The notes: a model not told the origin generated them from the sequence alone. Counted from the stretch's first letter, positions 39,017-50,627 are shown. The stretch: DNA of 63,553 bases from Saprospirales bacterium (GCA_002708985.1 PAPS01000033.1:71803-135355), one strand, 5' to 3'. Made by a program: numbers and translations.

Positions 39017-39637
39017 ATGAAGCACTCCGTCAACATAACAAGGCTTAAAATCATAGGTTTTATCCTTCTTTTGGTACCAATCTACTCCTCGGCCCAAAAC
39101 GATGAAAACTACAGTGATGATTTTCGCGATCTCTACAATGACGTCTTTGATGGGGATTCAATAGACTATTTAGTCCTGCCAACCATCCCGATTATTGATA
39201 ACCCTTATGACCGGTTGAAGTACCTTGAAACCAAACGAAAGTTGGAAAAGATTTGGCCATATTTCCTTATTGCACAAGAAGTGCTCTATGACTTGGAGGC
39301 TAAGGAGGAGGCTTTAAATAAGCGGCATTTTAGGAGGTATAAAAAAGGCCGTAAAAAAGATTTATATAAACGTTTTGAAAAGGAACTTAAGGCCCTGCGC
39401 ATAAGCGAGGGCAAACTGCTCGTTAAACTAATAAGCAGACAAACCGGTATTTCTATGGCCGAATTACTTAAACACTACAATCCAAACATAAAAGTCTGGG
39501 GCTTTAATCTTGTTGCCAAGCGGTACGGTTATGATTTGAAAGAGATCTATGATATCACCCACGAAGACAACTATTACATTGAGCTTGCTTTAGAGTCTAT
39601 CGCACCGTCAGTGCATCGCCGATCTCTTCAACGATAG
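39017..39637 (+). CDS. DUF4294-like protein
   Basis: KIWPY...FEKELKALRISEGKLLVKLISRQTG...YGYDLKEIYD pattern. Confidence 0.75.
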   Translation: MKHSVNITRLKIIGFILLLVPIYSSAQNDENYSDDFRDLYNDVFDGDSIDYLVLPTIPIIDNPYDRLKYLETKRKLEKIWPYFLIAQEVLYDLEAKEEALNKRHFRRYKKGRKKDLYKRFEKELKALRISEGKLLVKLISRQTGISMAELLKHYNPNIKVWGFNLVAKRYGYDLKEIYDITHEDNYYIELALESIAPSVHRRSLQR

Positions 39638-39683
39638 TATTTGGATATAATGTCAACGTGTTATCTAGACAAATTTTTTAGGG

Positions 39684-40697
39684 CTATTTATTGGAATTTG
39701 TTTTACCTAGTATTGATAGAATTGTATTCGTCAATAGAGTGTTTGAAATACGATGCATACACTTTGATTCTTTGTCCCACCATTTACGAGGTATAAAGAC
39801 ATAGAAAAAGCGGTAGATGAAGTGCACCTGCGCCTGAAGGACAAATGCATTTTTTTTGTAGGCAGAAAATCCAAGTTCAGGTCTAGTACTGCCCCATAGA
39901 GTTAATAATGGCTTAGGGAAGGCTGATGCAAGATGCATAATAAACGAATCATTGGAAATAATAAGAGCCGACTTTTGAATTAACCATGCAGATTGAGATA
40001 TAGAAGTTTTTCCTGTTAAATCTATAACTCGGTTTTGTGCTTTAACCGAATTTAATATTTTGCTACTTAGTATTTGATCGCTCGAATCTCCAACAAGCAC
40101 GAAGGGCATATTAAGTTCATCGATTACCTTAATTATTGTATTGCTTGGTAAACGTTTAGTAAAATGTTTCCCCCCAATAGCCCATACTATAAAATCTTCA
40201 TCATTAAATCTTGCCAAATGCCCTTTTATTTTCTCACTTTCTGTAGGTTTTATTTGTGCAATACAATGATCCCCTGTAGGGATGCCAAGAACTTCAATTG
40301 TACGGAAATATCTATCTACAACATGTGTTTCTTTGAGAAAATTAAGTCCTGTTAACAAAAAAAATTTGCGTGCTATACTTTCTTTATTATATCTATATAT
40401 AGCGCCTTTTAGACCCTTACTAATTCTTTTAGATCTGTAATTTTTATGAAGATCAAATATGTAATCATATTTTTTGTTAGCTACTTGATTTAATAAGTTT
40501 TTAATGTTCCCCTCTTTTTTATTTTCTAACGTATAAATCTGATTTAATACCGGATTTTCTTTAATAATTTCCAGGTATTTCTTCTTGATAAAAAAATCAA
40601 TGCTAGCATCAGGGAAATTCTCCTTGATAGCCGTTAAAATGGGTGTTGTCAGTAAGATATCGCCCATTGAGCTTAATCGAATGATGGCAATTCGCAT
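39684..40697 (-). CDS. Glycosyltransferase family 9 (heptosyltransferase-like)
   Basis: IRLSSMGDILLTTP, DLTGKTS, SNDSFIMHLASA and LWGST motifs. Confidence 0.9.
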   Translation of the reverse strand: MRIAIIRLSSMGDILLTTPILTAIKENFPDASIDFFIKKKYLEIIKENPVLNQIYTLENKKEGNIKNLLNQVANKKYDYIFDLHKNYRSKRISKGLKGAIYRYNKESIARKFFLLTGLNFLKETHVVDRYFRTIEVLGIPTGDHCIAQIKPTESEKIKGHLARFNDEDFIVWAIGGKHFTKRLPSNTIIKVIDELNMPFVLVGDSSDQILSSKILNSVKAQNRVIDLTGKTSISQSAWLIQKSALIISNDSFIMHLASAFPKPLLTLWGSTRPELGFSAYKKNAFVLQAQVHFIYRFFYVFIPRKWWDKESKCMHRISNTLLTNTILSILGKTNSNK

Positions 40698-40716
40698 TCT
40701 GTAAATATAAGGGCAT

Positions 40717-40740
40717 AAAAAAGCCTCCCGAAGGAGGCCT
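40717..40740 (-). terminator. groEL intrinsic terminator
   Basis: On -: GCCTCC-TTCG-GGAGGC-TTTTTT. Confidence 0.88.
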
Positions 40741-40767
40741 CAATAAAAACGTTAAAGAGTGGAGATA

Positions 40768-42719
<1,952 letters not shown>

Positions 42720-42746
42720 AGTATGTCTAAATTTTGAATTTTGTTA

Positions 42747-42762
42747 AGCGAATAGTATACCA
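42747..42762 (-). promoter_or_regulatory. Putative sigma54 -24/-12 promoter of groES-groEL
   Basis: On -: TGGTATACTATTCGCT = GG-N10-GC, ending 27 nt upstream of the groES ATG. No TAnnTTTG or CIRCE found in the intergenic region. Confidence 0.6.
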
Positions 42763-42785
42763 ATTGCACAATGCGCATCTTTTGC

Positions 42786-42818
42786 TGAAAAATTGGCAGA
42801 CTACATGGCAAAGTGTCT
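42786..42818. promoter_or_regulatory. Two degenerate TGACA-N3-TGTCA boxes (candidate upstream activator sequences)
   Basis: TGAAA-AAT-TGGCA (42786-42798) and TGGCA-AAG-TGTCT (42806-42818), 20 bp apart; each has 2 mismatches to the perfect palindrome at 47121. Confidence 0.5.
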
Positions 42819-42873
42819 TTCAAGTAGGCCTAAAAGACCATTGTTTGGTATGTAGAACTGTCGTGTTGGCCCT

Positions 42874-43185
42874 TTAGCTTGCTGGTGGTGCAGGAACCTC
42901 TTCTTGTGGAGCTACAAGTTGCAACTCGTTATTGATTTGCTCTGCTTGATTTACTTCAGGACTTGAAACAGAAGCAGTCATAGCAATGGATAGCACAACT
43001 AAAGCGCCAGCTAAATACCATGTCAGCTTTTCGATAAAATTCGTTGCACGACTTGCTCCAAGAATTTGATTACTCACTGTGCCTAAACTAGCTTGGATTC
43101 CTCCACCTTTTGGATTTTGAACAAGCACGGCAATACCGAGTAAACAACTAGTAAGAATGGTGATAATCAAAAGAATAGTGAACAT
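42874..43185 (-). CDS. secG: Preprotein translocase subunit SecG
   Basis: VLVQNPKGGG...GASRATNFIEKLTWYL. Confidence 0.93.
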   Translation of the reverse strand: MFTILLIITILTSCLLGIAVLVQNPKGGGIQASLGTVSNQILGASRATNFIEKLTWYLAGALVVLSIAMTASVSSPEVNQAEQINNELQLVAPQEEVPAPPAS

Positions 43186-43194
43186 TGTACGATC

Positions 43195-43878
43195 TTATTT
43201 TTTCAGAAGTTCATCAATTTGGTCTGCAAAGAAACGCTTTTTTTTGGGATTCTCGAGCATCAGTTGGCTATACACTTGTATGGCTTCCTCATAGCGACCT
43301 TGGCTTCGTAGTATAGTAGCATAGGTTTCAGAAACGAATTCCTTCGTTGTATTCTCTGTTTTCTTGATTTTAGAGCGTTGGATTATGGCTTGAATATCCT
43401 CAGAGCGGAGGACAGCTTCTAAATCACCGTCCATTGCCGAGGCTGGTCGAGCTTGAATAGGAACTTCAACAGCGAGCGAGGCTAAAAAATCACCTAATGA
43501 ACTAATCTCTGTGTCAGGCGATGACATGGTATCATGTAAATCAAAGGTTGGAATAGGGGGCTTGCTAGGCGCCCTTTCTGCAATAGAGTCATCCCGATTT
43601 ACCTTTTCTTTATCGCGTAGGGCAGTTGAGTTTTCAGCAGGGATACCTTCGCCTTTAACCAAGGCAAAAAGTTGCCCGCGATCAGCCATAAAAAAAGCAA
43701 GTCGATTCAATTGACTTTCATCATACTCAAGCGGACCACCTAGTCGTTCATTCCACAAGCGAATGAGACTGGGGCTAAGATGATAGGGATGTTGTTCAGC
43801 CCAATGTTCCAGTTCGGTTAGGGTTTTTTCAGGTAATGGACTTCCCTGAAAAAGCTGCTTAAGACAATCGACTACCAT
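43195..43878 (-). CDS. Conserved Bacteroidota hypothetical protein with C-terminal TPR
   Basis: VSETYATILRSQGRYEEAIQVYSQLMLENPKKKRFFADQI; lies between the lptE-like gene and secG. Confidence 0.8.
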   Translation of the reverse strand: MVVDCLKQLFQGSPLPEKTLTELEHWAEQHPYHLSPSLIRLWNERLGGPLEYDESQLNRLAFFMADRGQLFALVKGEGIPAENSTALRDKEKVNRDDSIAERAPSKPPIPTFDLHDTMSSPDTEISSLGDFLASLAVEVPIQARPASAMDGDLEAVLRSEDIQAIIQRSKIKKTENTTKEFVSETYATILRSQGRYEEAIQVYSQLMLENPKKKRFFADQIDELLKK

Positions 43879-44378
43879 TTCACAAAACTTTTGTTGAAGA
43901 CATCTTCTACTAGGAGGGTATTTAGCGCATTAATCAATTGCTCTTCAACAATATTAAGGTCCTCATTGGCTGGAAAGTCAATAAATCGTGTGAAGGTTTT
44001 TGTCCAGTTTTCCTCTGGGTTAATACGATTCTCGCTCGCAATACTAATGGCCATAGTGATTCTTTTTTGCTCAGAGGTTTGACCAGCAGCAGGTGCTTGA
44101 ATTGAATATCGATACGAGATAATCTCTCCTTTAAAATGCAAGTCTCCATTCCCATCTTGGAGCGGAATATTTGTAGTGAGCATTTTTTGCTTCAGCGCTT
44201 CGGTGAGAAGGTCTCCAACAGTTGCTGGGGCACCTTCGGCATTGTTGGATATGTAGGCAACAGATATTGACGTGATGTTTGGATCAAAGTTGGCTCCTGT
44301 AAAGGAGTAGATCTTGCATCTCGAGAGCAAAAGACCTGTGCAGAGAACAAGTGATGATATGACTAAATTCCTTTTCAT
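43872..44378 (-). CDS. lptE: LptE-family LPS assembly lipoprotein
   Basis: Lipoprotein Cys followed by KIYSFTGA; GDLHFKGEI; C-terminal DVFNKSFVKW; conserved synteny. Confidence 0.8.
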   Translation of the reverse strand: MKRNLVISSLVLCTGLLLSRCKIYSFTGANFDPNITSISVAYISNNAEGAPATVGDLLTEALKQKMLTTNIPLQDGNGDLHFKGEIISYRYSIQAPAAGQTSEQKRITMAISIASENRINPEENWTKTFTRFIDFPANEDLNIVEEQLINALNTLLVEDVFNKSFVKW

Positions 44379-45601
44379 CAGATATCGTATTCTCTAATTT
44401 TTCGATAGAGTGTTCGTTCGGAAATGCCGAGTTCTTCGGCGGCATTTTTTCTGCGACCCTGATGTTTATCTAGAGCCTTTTTTATCATTTGCCTCTCCAT
44501 GTCCATTAGGGAAAGTGAATCCTCGATTTCCTCAGCATTTGGGATATCTTCTTTAGTGTGCACAATGAGGCTCTTAGCATCGTCTTTTGGTGGTTCCCAT
44601 TGTATTTCTTTATTCGGTACAAAGGTGTGATTATCTAGCGGTAAATCCTCTCTGTACACCGAGGCATCCGTATGACCAATCACCTTTTTCAAAGCGTTGA
44701 TATCCTGCTTCAACTCAATAAACATCTTGACTAGTAGGGTAGTGTCCTCATTTGTGCTAGTTGCTCGTTCATCATCTGTTTGCGCTTGACGGAGTGCTGG
44801 TAGCCGGTTGTTGTTTATATCGGGTATTAGTTGAACAATATCATGAGCGCCAATAATGTCCTCAATGGCTAACACGGATAGCTGATCTGCCATGTTCCTT
44901 AGTTGTCTGACATTGCCGGGCCAAGGATACCGCTGAAGTAAGGATTGCGCATCTTCACTGAGTTGTATAGGTCTCCTACGATGTCGTTCTGCGAAGTCAG
45001 TAGCAAATTTTCTAAACAACAGTAAAATATCATCCCCGCGGTCACGCAGCGCAGGGATAGTTATGGGAACAGTGCTTAATCGGTAGTACAAGTCTTCTCT
45101 GAACTTGCCTTGTTCTGCTGCCTTTAGCAAATTTCTGTTGGTTGCAGCAACGATACGAACGTTGGTTTGTTGAACTTCGGATGAACCTACTTTAATAAAC
45201 TCACCTGACTCGAGTACACGCAGGAGACGTGCTTGTGTTCCTACAGGCATTTCTCCAATTTCGTCGAGAAAAATGGTGCCTCCATTAACCGTCTCAAAGT
45301 ATCCCTTGCGCTTATCTTGCGCTCCTGTAAAAGCCCCTTTTTCGTGACCAAAGAGTTCTGAATCAATGGTTCCTTCAGGAATAGCTCCGCAATTTACGGC
45401 AATGAACTTCTCATGTTTTCTCGGAGAGAGTTGATGAAGAATTTTTGAAAAGGCTTCCTTTCCCACGCCACTTTCTCCATTGATTAAAACTGATAGGTCA
45501 GTGGGTGCTACTCGCATGGCAATTTGAATCGCATGATTGAGCGATTGGGAGTTTCCAATAATGCCGAATCGTTGCTTGACGCCTTGTAAAGTGGGATTCA
45601 T
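44378..45601 (-). CDS. Sigma54-dependent enhancer-binding protein (AAA+ plus Fis HTH) without N-terminal sensory domain
   Basis: GESGVGKE, ELFGHEKGAFTGA, FLDEIGEM, FREDLYYRL, WPGNVRQL and AAEELGISERTLYRKI motifs. Confidence 0.95.
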   Translation of the reverse strand: MNPTLQGVKQRFGIIGNSQSLNHAIQIAMRVAPTDLSVLINGESGVGKEAFSKILHQLSPRKHEKFIAVNCGAIPEGTIDSELFGHEKGAFTGAQDKRKGYFETVNGGTIFLDEIGEMPVGTQARLLRVLESGEFIKVGSSEVQQTNVRIVAATNRNLLKAAEQGKFREDLYYRLSTVPITIPALRDRGDDILLLFRKFATDFAERHRRRPIQLSEDAQSLLQRYPWPGNVRQLRNMADQLSVLAIEDIIGAHDIVQLIPDINNNRLPALRQAQTDDERATSTNEDTTLLVKMFIELKQDINALKKVIGHTDASVYREDLPLDNHTFVPNKEIQWEPPKDDAKSLIVHTKEDIPNAEEIEDSLSLMDMERQMIKKALDKHQGRRKNAAEELGISERTLYRKIREYDI

Positions 45602-47073
45602 TAAGCTATAATTTCTCCTTTAAGAATGGCCTGGCTGTAATCAGTCACCTTAACTTGAATATATTCTCCAATGGTTGCGTCTCCTTTGGGAAAAACAATC
45701 ATTTTGTTCTGACTATTACGTCCGCACAAATCATCTTTCGAACGCTTAGAATATTTTTCGACTAGTACTTCAAAAGTTTTACCTAAGTCGGCTTTGTTGC
45801 GCGCTATGGAATGTTCTCTTTGCAAATCGATAATCTCTGCTAATCGACGCTTTTTATCAACTTCTAGAACATCATCTTCATAACGCTTAGCGGCAAGTGT
45901 ACCCGGTCTTTCAGAGTAAAAGAACATGTAGGCCATTTCATACTTTATCTCCTGCATGATGGATAATGTTTCTTTGTGTTGTTCTTCTGTTTCTCCACAA
46001 AACCCAGTGATGATATCAGTGGAGATAGCTGTATTAGGAAGAATTTTTCTAATGGCATCAATTCTATTCATATACCATGCTCTATCATAAGTACGGTTCA
46101 TGCGGTTTAGAACTTCAGAATTGCCACTTTGCACGGGGAGATGAATGTACTCACAGATGTTGTCATATTTTGCCATCACGTAGAGCACGTCGTCAAGCAT
46201 GTCTTTAGGGTGTGAGGTGGAAAACCTTACTCTTAGAAGCGGTGATACTTGGGCAACAGCTTCTAGAAGGTTAGCAAAGTTGAAGACATCGTCGGTATCC
46301 TTGAGTTCAATAAGTTTTTTTCCGCGAACCTTAGGATCTTCGGACCATCTGTAGGAGTCCACATTTTGGCCAAGCAGGGTAACCTCTCGGTAACCCTTGT
46401 CAAATAAATCTTGAGCCTCTGCGATGATGGATTTTGGATTCCGGCTCCTTTCTCTTCCTCGGGTAAATGGAACCACGCAAAAGGAACACATATTGTCGCA
46501 TCCACGCATTATTGAAATAAAGGCGGTAACACCGTTGCTCGAGAGTCTTACCGGGCTTATATCCGCATAAGTTTCCTCTCTAGAAAGTAAAACGTTCACT
46601 GCTTTTTGCCCACTTTCTGCCTCGGAAATTAAATCTGGTAAATGCCTGTAGGCATCCGGTCCTACGACAATGTCAACTAGCTGCTCTTCTTCAAGAAACT
46701 TCTCTTTGAGACGCTCTGCCATGCAACCTAGTACACCGATAAGCGCATCGGGTTTACGTCGTTTAACCACGCTGAAGTTTTTGAGCCGATTACGCACCCT
46801 TTGCTCAGCATTTTCACGAATAGAGCAGGTGTTCACAAAGACAAGATCAGCTTCATTATAGTCTCGTGTTGAAACGTAACCATTTTCGCATAGAACGGAA
46901 GCTACAATTTCACTATCAGAAAAATTCATTTGGCAACCATAGCTTTCTATGTAAAATCTTTTTCCGTTAGGCTGTATACCGCGTAATCCCTCTTTGACAA
47001 TGACTTCACCTTGTCGATCCTCTGATAGAAGACTGTGGTCATGTGCTTGAAAAGTTTCTTTTAAATCTAACAT
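45601..47073 (-). CDS. miaB: tRNA i6A37 methylthiotransferase
   Basis: [23 protein letters not shown] and [14 protein letters not shown] motifs; TRAM domain. Confidence 0.97.
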   Translation of the reverse strand: MLDLKETFQAHDHSLLSEDRQGEVIVKEGLRGIQPNGKRFYIESYGCQMNFSDSEIVASVLCENGYVSTRDYNEADLVFVNTCSIRENAEQRVRNRLKNFSVVKRRKPDALIGVLGCMAERLKEKFLEEEQLVDIVVGPDAYRHLPDLISEAESGQKAVNVLLSREETYADISPVRLSSNGVTAFISIMRGCDNMCSFCVVPFTRGRERSRNPKSIIAEAQDLFDKGYREVTLLGQNVDSYRWSEDPKVRGKKLIELKDTDDVFNFANLLEAVAQVSPLLRVRFSTSHPKDMLDDVLYVMAKYDNICEYIHLPVQSGNSEVLNRMNRTYDRAWYMNRIDAIRKILPNTAISTDIITGFCGETEEQHKETLSIMQEIKYEMAYMFFYSERPGTLAAKRYEDDVLEVDKKRRLAEIIDLQREHSIARNKADLGKTFEVLVEKYSKRSKDDLCGRNSQNKMIVFPKGDATIGEYIQVKVTDYSQAILKGEIIA

Positions 47074-47096
47074 TGTATATGCTTCTAAAAAGTTAA

Positions 47097-47127
47097 CAAA
47101 GGTAAGGCCGTTTCTGTTTATGACAAA
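47097..47127 (-). promoter_or_regulatory. Housekeeping promoter of the miaB-bEBP-lptE-TPR-secG operon
   Basis: On -: TTTG (47127-47124), N19 spacer, TACCTTTG (47104-47097); matches the Bacteroidota -33/-7 consensus. Confidence 0.8.
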
Positions 47128-47133
47128 ATGTCA
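47121..47133. promoter_or_regulatory. Perfect palindrome TGACA-AAA-TGTCA overlapping the -33 box (candidate operator)
   Basis: The sequence tgacaaaatgtca is read directly. Confidence 0.65.
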
Positions 47134-47329
47134 GTTTTGTGTACAGCGGATAAAAATATTGTTGAGGTGAATTGGACCGAAGAGATTGAATGGTTGAGTT
47201 ATAAACTTATTATCGAACGATCGAGGCATAACTTGTGACATGAGATGAGAAGATCTTGTGATATGATTTAGTTGCCTATTAGGTGCAACTCGCTCTAAGT
47301 TTGAGTATCTTTAAACTAAACTTAAAACA

Positions 47330-47386
47330 ATGAAAAAGGAATTTAATTTGGCCTTTACAATAATCTTGTCAGGGTTATTTTTCTAA
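47330..47386 (+). other. 18-aa signal-peptide-like mini-ORF (gene stub or leader)
   Basis: MKKEFNLAFTIILSGLFF* with A-rich initiation context and a TAAGTTTG -7 match at 47296-47303. Confidence 0.4.
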
Positions 47387-47428
47387 AGTCCTTTTTTATA
47401 GTCCCTTTAAATTGCCACTTCTTGAGTA

Positions 47429-48877
47429 ATGCTTTTTAATTCAATAGATTTTGCGATTTTCCTACCAATAGTCTTTTCACTTTATTGGTTTGTAAATAGC
47501 AAAAGTCTTACGCTTCAAAATATCCTTATTGTCGTAGCCAGCTATTTCTTTTATGGCTGGTGGGATTGGAGATTTCTTTCTCTAATAGTGTTCAGTACTG
47601 TGGTGGATTATACCGTTGGACAACAGCTGCGGCGTTCAGATAATCAGCGTAAACGTAAACTACTGTTGTGGACGAGCATTGTCGTTAATCTTGGGTTTTT
47701 AGGATTCTTTAAATACTATAATTTCTTTTTAGAGAATTTTATCCGTGGCTTCTCCCTATTTGGGCAAGATATTCAGGCAAACACCTTACATATCATTCTA
47801 CCCGTTGGCATCAGCTTTTACACATTTCAGACGATGAGCTACACAATTGACGTGTACAGAAGAAAGCTAGAACCCACCAACGATTTTATTGCCTTTTCAG
47901 CCTTTGTAAGCTTCTTTCCTCAATTGGTTGCAGGTCCTATTGAACGAGCCACCCATCTTCTGCCGCAGTTCTACAAGAAGCGGACCTTTGACTATTCGAA
48001 GGCGGTTGACGGCATGCGTCAGATCCTTTGGGGTTTGTTTAAGAAAGTGGTTATCGCCGACAACTGTGCAGTGATTGCCAATCAAATTTTCAATAATTCG
48101 GCAGACATGAATGGCAGCACGCTTGCTCTGGGTGCGTTGTTTTTTACTTTTCAAATCTATGGTGACTTTTCAGGCTATTCCGACATTGCTATAGGAGCGT
48201 CAAGGCTTTTTGGATTTGACTTGATGCAGAACTTTAACTTTCCTTATTTCTCAAGAGACATCGCTGAATTTTGGCGCCGGTGGCATATTTCTCTTTCTAC
48301 GTGGTTTAGAGACTATCTATATATCCCATTAGGCGGGAGTCGTGGCGGTACTTGGATAAAAGTCAGAAATACCTTCATCATTTTTATAGTAAGCGGATTT
48401 TGGCATGGTGCGAATTGGACATTTATTGTATGGGGTGCATTGAATGCCCTTTATTTCTTGCCTCTATTGTTGACTAATAATAATCGAAAGAATTTAGAGA
48501 CGGTTGCTCAAGGTCGGCTGCTTCCAAGCGGTAGGGAGGCATTATCTATACTTGTAACCTTTGGATTAACAGTAGTTGCATGGATATTCTTTCGAGCGGA
48601 AAATATAGGCCATGCGCTTAACTATATCGGTGAAATGTTTTCGCCATCGCTTTTTTCAATGCCAAACTTTACTGCGCTGTCTGGGGCGTTAATTACGATA
48701 GTACTTCTATTGGTTTTTGTAGTTATTGAATGGATAGGAAGGGACGGGCAATATGCCATTGCTCATATAGGCCTGCGATGGAAACGTCCGTTTCGGTATG
48801 CGATGTATTATGCTATTTTGTTGGCTATTTTTTGGTTTGGTGGTCAAGAGCAAGAATTTATATACTTCCAGTTTTAG
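47429..48877 (+). CDS. MBOAT-family O-acyltransferase (AlgI/PatA-like)
   Basis: LPVGISFYTFQ, FPQLVAGPIER, DFSGYSDIA, FWRRWHISL and GFWHGANWTF motifs; C-terminal FIYFQF. Confidence 0.95.
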   Translation: MLFNSIDFAIFLPIVFSLYWFVNSKSLTLQNILIVVASYFFYGWWDWRFLSLIVFSTVVDYTVGQQLRRSDNQRKRKLLLWTSIVVNLGFLGFFKYYNFFLENFIRGFSLFGQDIQANTLHIILPVGISFYTFQTMSYTIDVYRRKLEPTNDFIAFSAFVSFFPQLVAGPIERATHLLPQFYKKRTFDYSKAVDGMRQILWGLFKKVVIADNCAVIANQIFNNSADMNGSTLALGALFFTFQIYGDFSGYSDIAIGASRLFGFDLMQNFNFPYFSRDIAEFWRRWHISLSTWFRDYLYIPLGGSRGGTWIKVRNTFIIFIVSGFWHGANWTFIVWGALNALYFLPLLLTNNNRKNLETVAQGRLLPSGREALSILVTFGLTVVAWIFFRAENIGHALNYIGEMFSPSLFSMPNFTALSGALITIVLLLVFVVIEWIGRDGQYAIAHIGLRWKRPFRYAMYYAILLAIFWFGGQEQEFIYFQF

Positions 48878-48880
48878 CCC

Positions 48881-49756
48881 ATGAAGCGATTTATATGCAA
48901 ATTCTGTTTGTTCCTTTTGATTCCGGTCTTATTTTTTGGCTGTAATATGGTAATCAATTATTTTATTTATACAGGCTCAAGTAAATCGATCCCAAAAAGT
49001 AATATTCTCATTGCAGGTGATTCGCATACTCAGCGAAGTTTAAATCCCAAGTATTTCCATGATGCGCAAAATATATCACAATCGGCAGAACCATACGTTA
49101 TAACCTATTGGAAGCTTAAAAAGATAGTTCAATCAACCATTCCTGATACGTTGATTATCGGTCTAGCTCCTCACAACATTTCTCAGTTTAATGACTTAAA
49201 ATTTTCAAATCAACTGTGGGCGAGCGAAATGTTCAGTCGGAGTTATCCAATAGAGGAGTTCAGTGATATCTCAGATAAAATTGCTATAGATTTTGCTACC
49301 TATTACAAGGTATTATGGAAACAAACCGCATTCTATCCCAAAAGCACTCATAATCCTTTTGTAGGGCGATATGAAAATGTGGAGAGAAGCTATATTACGG
49401 ATATAGATGATGCCGTTAACCGTCATTATTATCTAAATGGAGAGGCTTTGGGAGTATCTGACTTAGCCCTTGAATACTTAGATTCCATTGTTTCACTATC
49501 GAATGCAGAGGACATTACATTAGTCATGGTAAGTAATCCTGTGCATGAACAGTACCTCAACAAAATTCCTGATCCGATCATGCAAAAGTTTGAAGAGTTG
49601 ATCGAGGTATATAGCGATGAGCATTTTGTATTTGATAAAACCAGGTCGCCTTATCCAGATACTCTCTACCTAAATGCGGACCATATGAATGAGTCTGGTG
49701 CAAAGCGATTTACGATGGAGCTCATCGATTACCTGAAAACAATACGGGAAAATTAG
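48881..49756 (+). CDS. SGNH-hydrolase-like partner of the MBOAT (membrane-anchored)
   Basis: N-terminal TM, GDSH, and C-terminal DHMN..GA. Confidence 0.75.
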   Translation: MKRFICKFCLFLLIPVLFFGCNMVINYFIYTGSSKSIPKSNILIAGDSHTQRSLNPKYFHDAQNISQSAEPYVITYWKLKKIVQSTIPDTLIIGLAPHNISQFNDLKFSNQLWASEMFSRSYPIEEFSDISDKIAIDFATYYKVLWKQTAFYPKSTHNPFVGRYENVERSYITDIDDAVNRHYYLNGEALGVSDLALEYLDSIVSLSNAEDITLVMVSNPVHEQYLNKIPDPIMQKFEELIEVYSDEHFVFDKTRSPYPDTLYLNADHMNESGAKRFTMELIDYLKTIREN

Positions 49757-49763
49757 TAAATGC

Positions 49764-50171
49764 CTAAAATATGCCTCTTGGAGCATCTTCATGGTCTTCC
49801 CAAATACCATCCCACCATAGATCAGTGCTAAAAGCACCGCTTTCAACTAGATACCATTTACCATTGATTCTTTTGAATAGTGCTTCAACATGGCAACAAT
49901 CGTAGTCATAATTGGGAAGGATAATTTCTTGCCTATCTCTTCTTTGAGCATCTCCCATAAACCATGCATAACCATTGCCTACTTTGAAATGATTTACTAC
50001 AAAAACGAATTCCTGCTCAAATTCCTGATATAGATTGGCTCTTAATATATCAAGCATCATCGTTCTATCCTCGGCATTTGATGTTGTCTTAATTTTATAA
50101 TTCTGAATGGATTGTGAAAATCCAAAGAGGGATAGATTTGCAAAGAATAGGATGGTAATAAACTTTTTCAT
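49764..50171 (-). CDS. Hypothetical secreted protein
   Basis: Signal peptide; DRTMMLDILR...FVVNHFKV...EALFKRINGKW...APRGIF. Confidence 0.75.
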   Translation of the reverse strand: MKKFITILFFANLSLFGFSQSIQNYKIKTTSNAEDRTMMLDILRANLYQEFEQEFVFVVNHFKVGNGYAWFMGDAQRRDRQEIILPNYDYDCCHVEALFKRINGKWYLVESGAFSTDLWWDGIWEDHEDAPRGIF

Positions 50172-50231
50172 AACGTATATAATTGATGCATAAAGGTAAT
50201 CTAATCAGTCTATACTTATGCGCACAATTTT

Positions 50232-50594
50232 CTACCGCCCACCCTTTGATTTTACTTGAAAGCCCTGATTTTCAAGATAGGCCAAGGTTTTTTTTCGTTG
50301 GTCCCCCTGTATAAGAATTAATCCATCTTTGACCGATCCTCCGACCCCACAGTGCTGCTTTAGTTTTTTACCGAGTTCGGTTAGTTCAAGATCACTTCCT
50401 TGGAAATCTTCGACGAGTGTGACGGATTTGCCTCCTCGTTGCTTACGGTCTAAGCTTACGTAAAGCTTTTGGAATTGCGGTGGAATAGAAGGTTGATTAT
50501 CGCTGTCTTTAGATACTTCATAATCATATTCTTCGGGATTGGTGCTGTAGACCATACCATCACCCCGCTGCCATTTCTTACTTCTTTTGCTCAT
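50232..50594 (-). CDS. yciH: SUI1/YciH-family translation initiation factor
   Basis: MVYSTNP, RGGKSVTLV and LKQHCGVGGSVKDGLILIQGD motifs. Confidence 0.9.
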   Translation of the reverse strand: MSKRSKKWQRGDGMVYSTNPEEYDYEVSKDSDNQPSIPPQFQKLYVSLDRKQRGGKSVTLVEDFQGSDLELTELGKKLKQHCGVGGSVKDGLILIQGDQRKKTLAYLENQGFQVKSKGGR

Positions 50595-50627
50595 CTTTAT
50601 TATTCTATTAAAAACTTGATATCAATT

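Noticed and set aside
42720-42873. CIRCE/HrcA operator upstream of groES
   Set aside because: No TTAGCACTC-N9-GAGTGCTAA-like inverted repeat is present.
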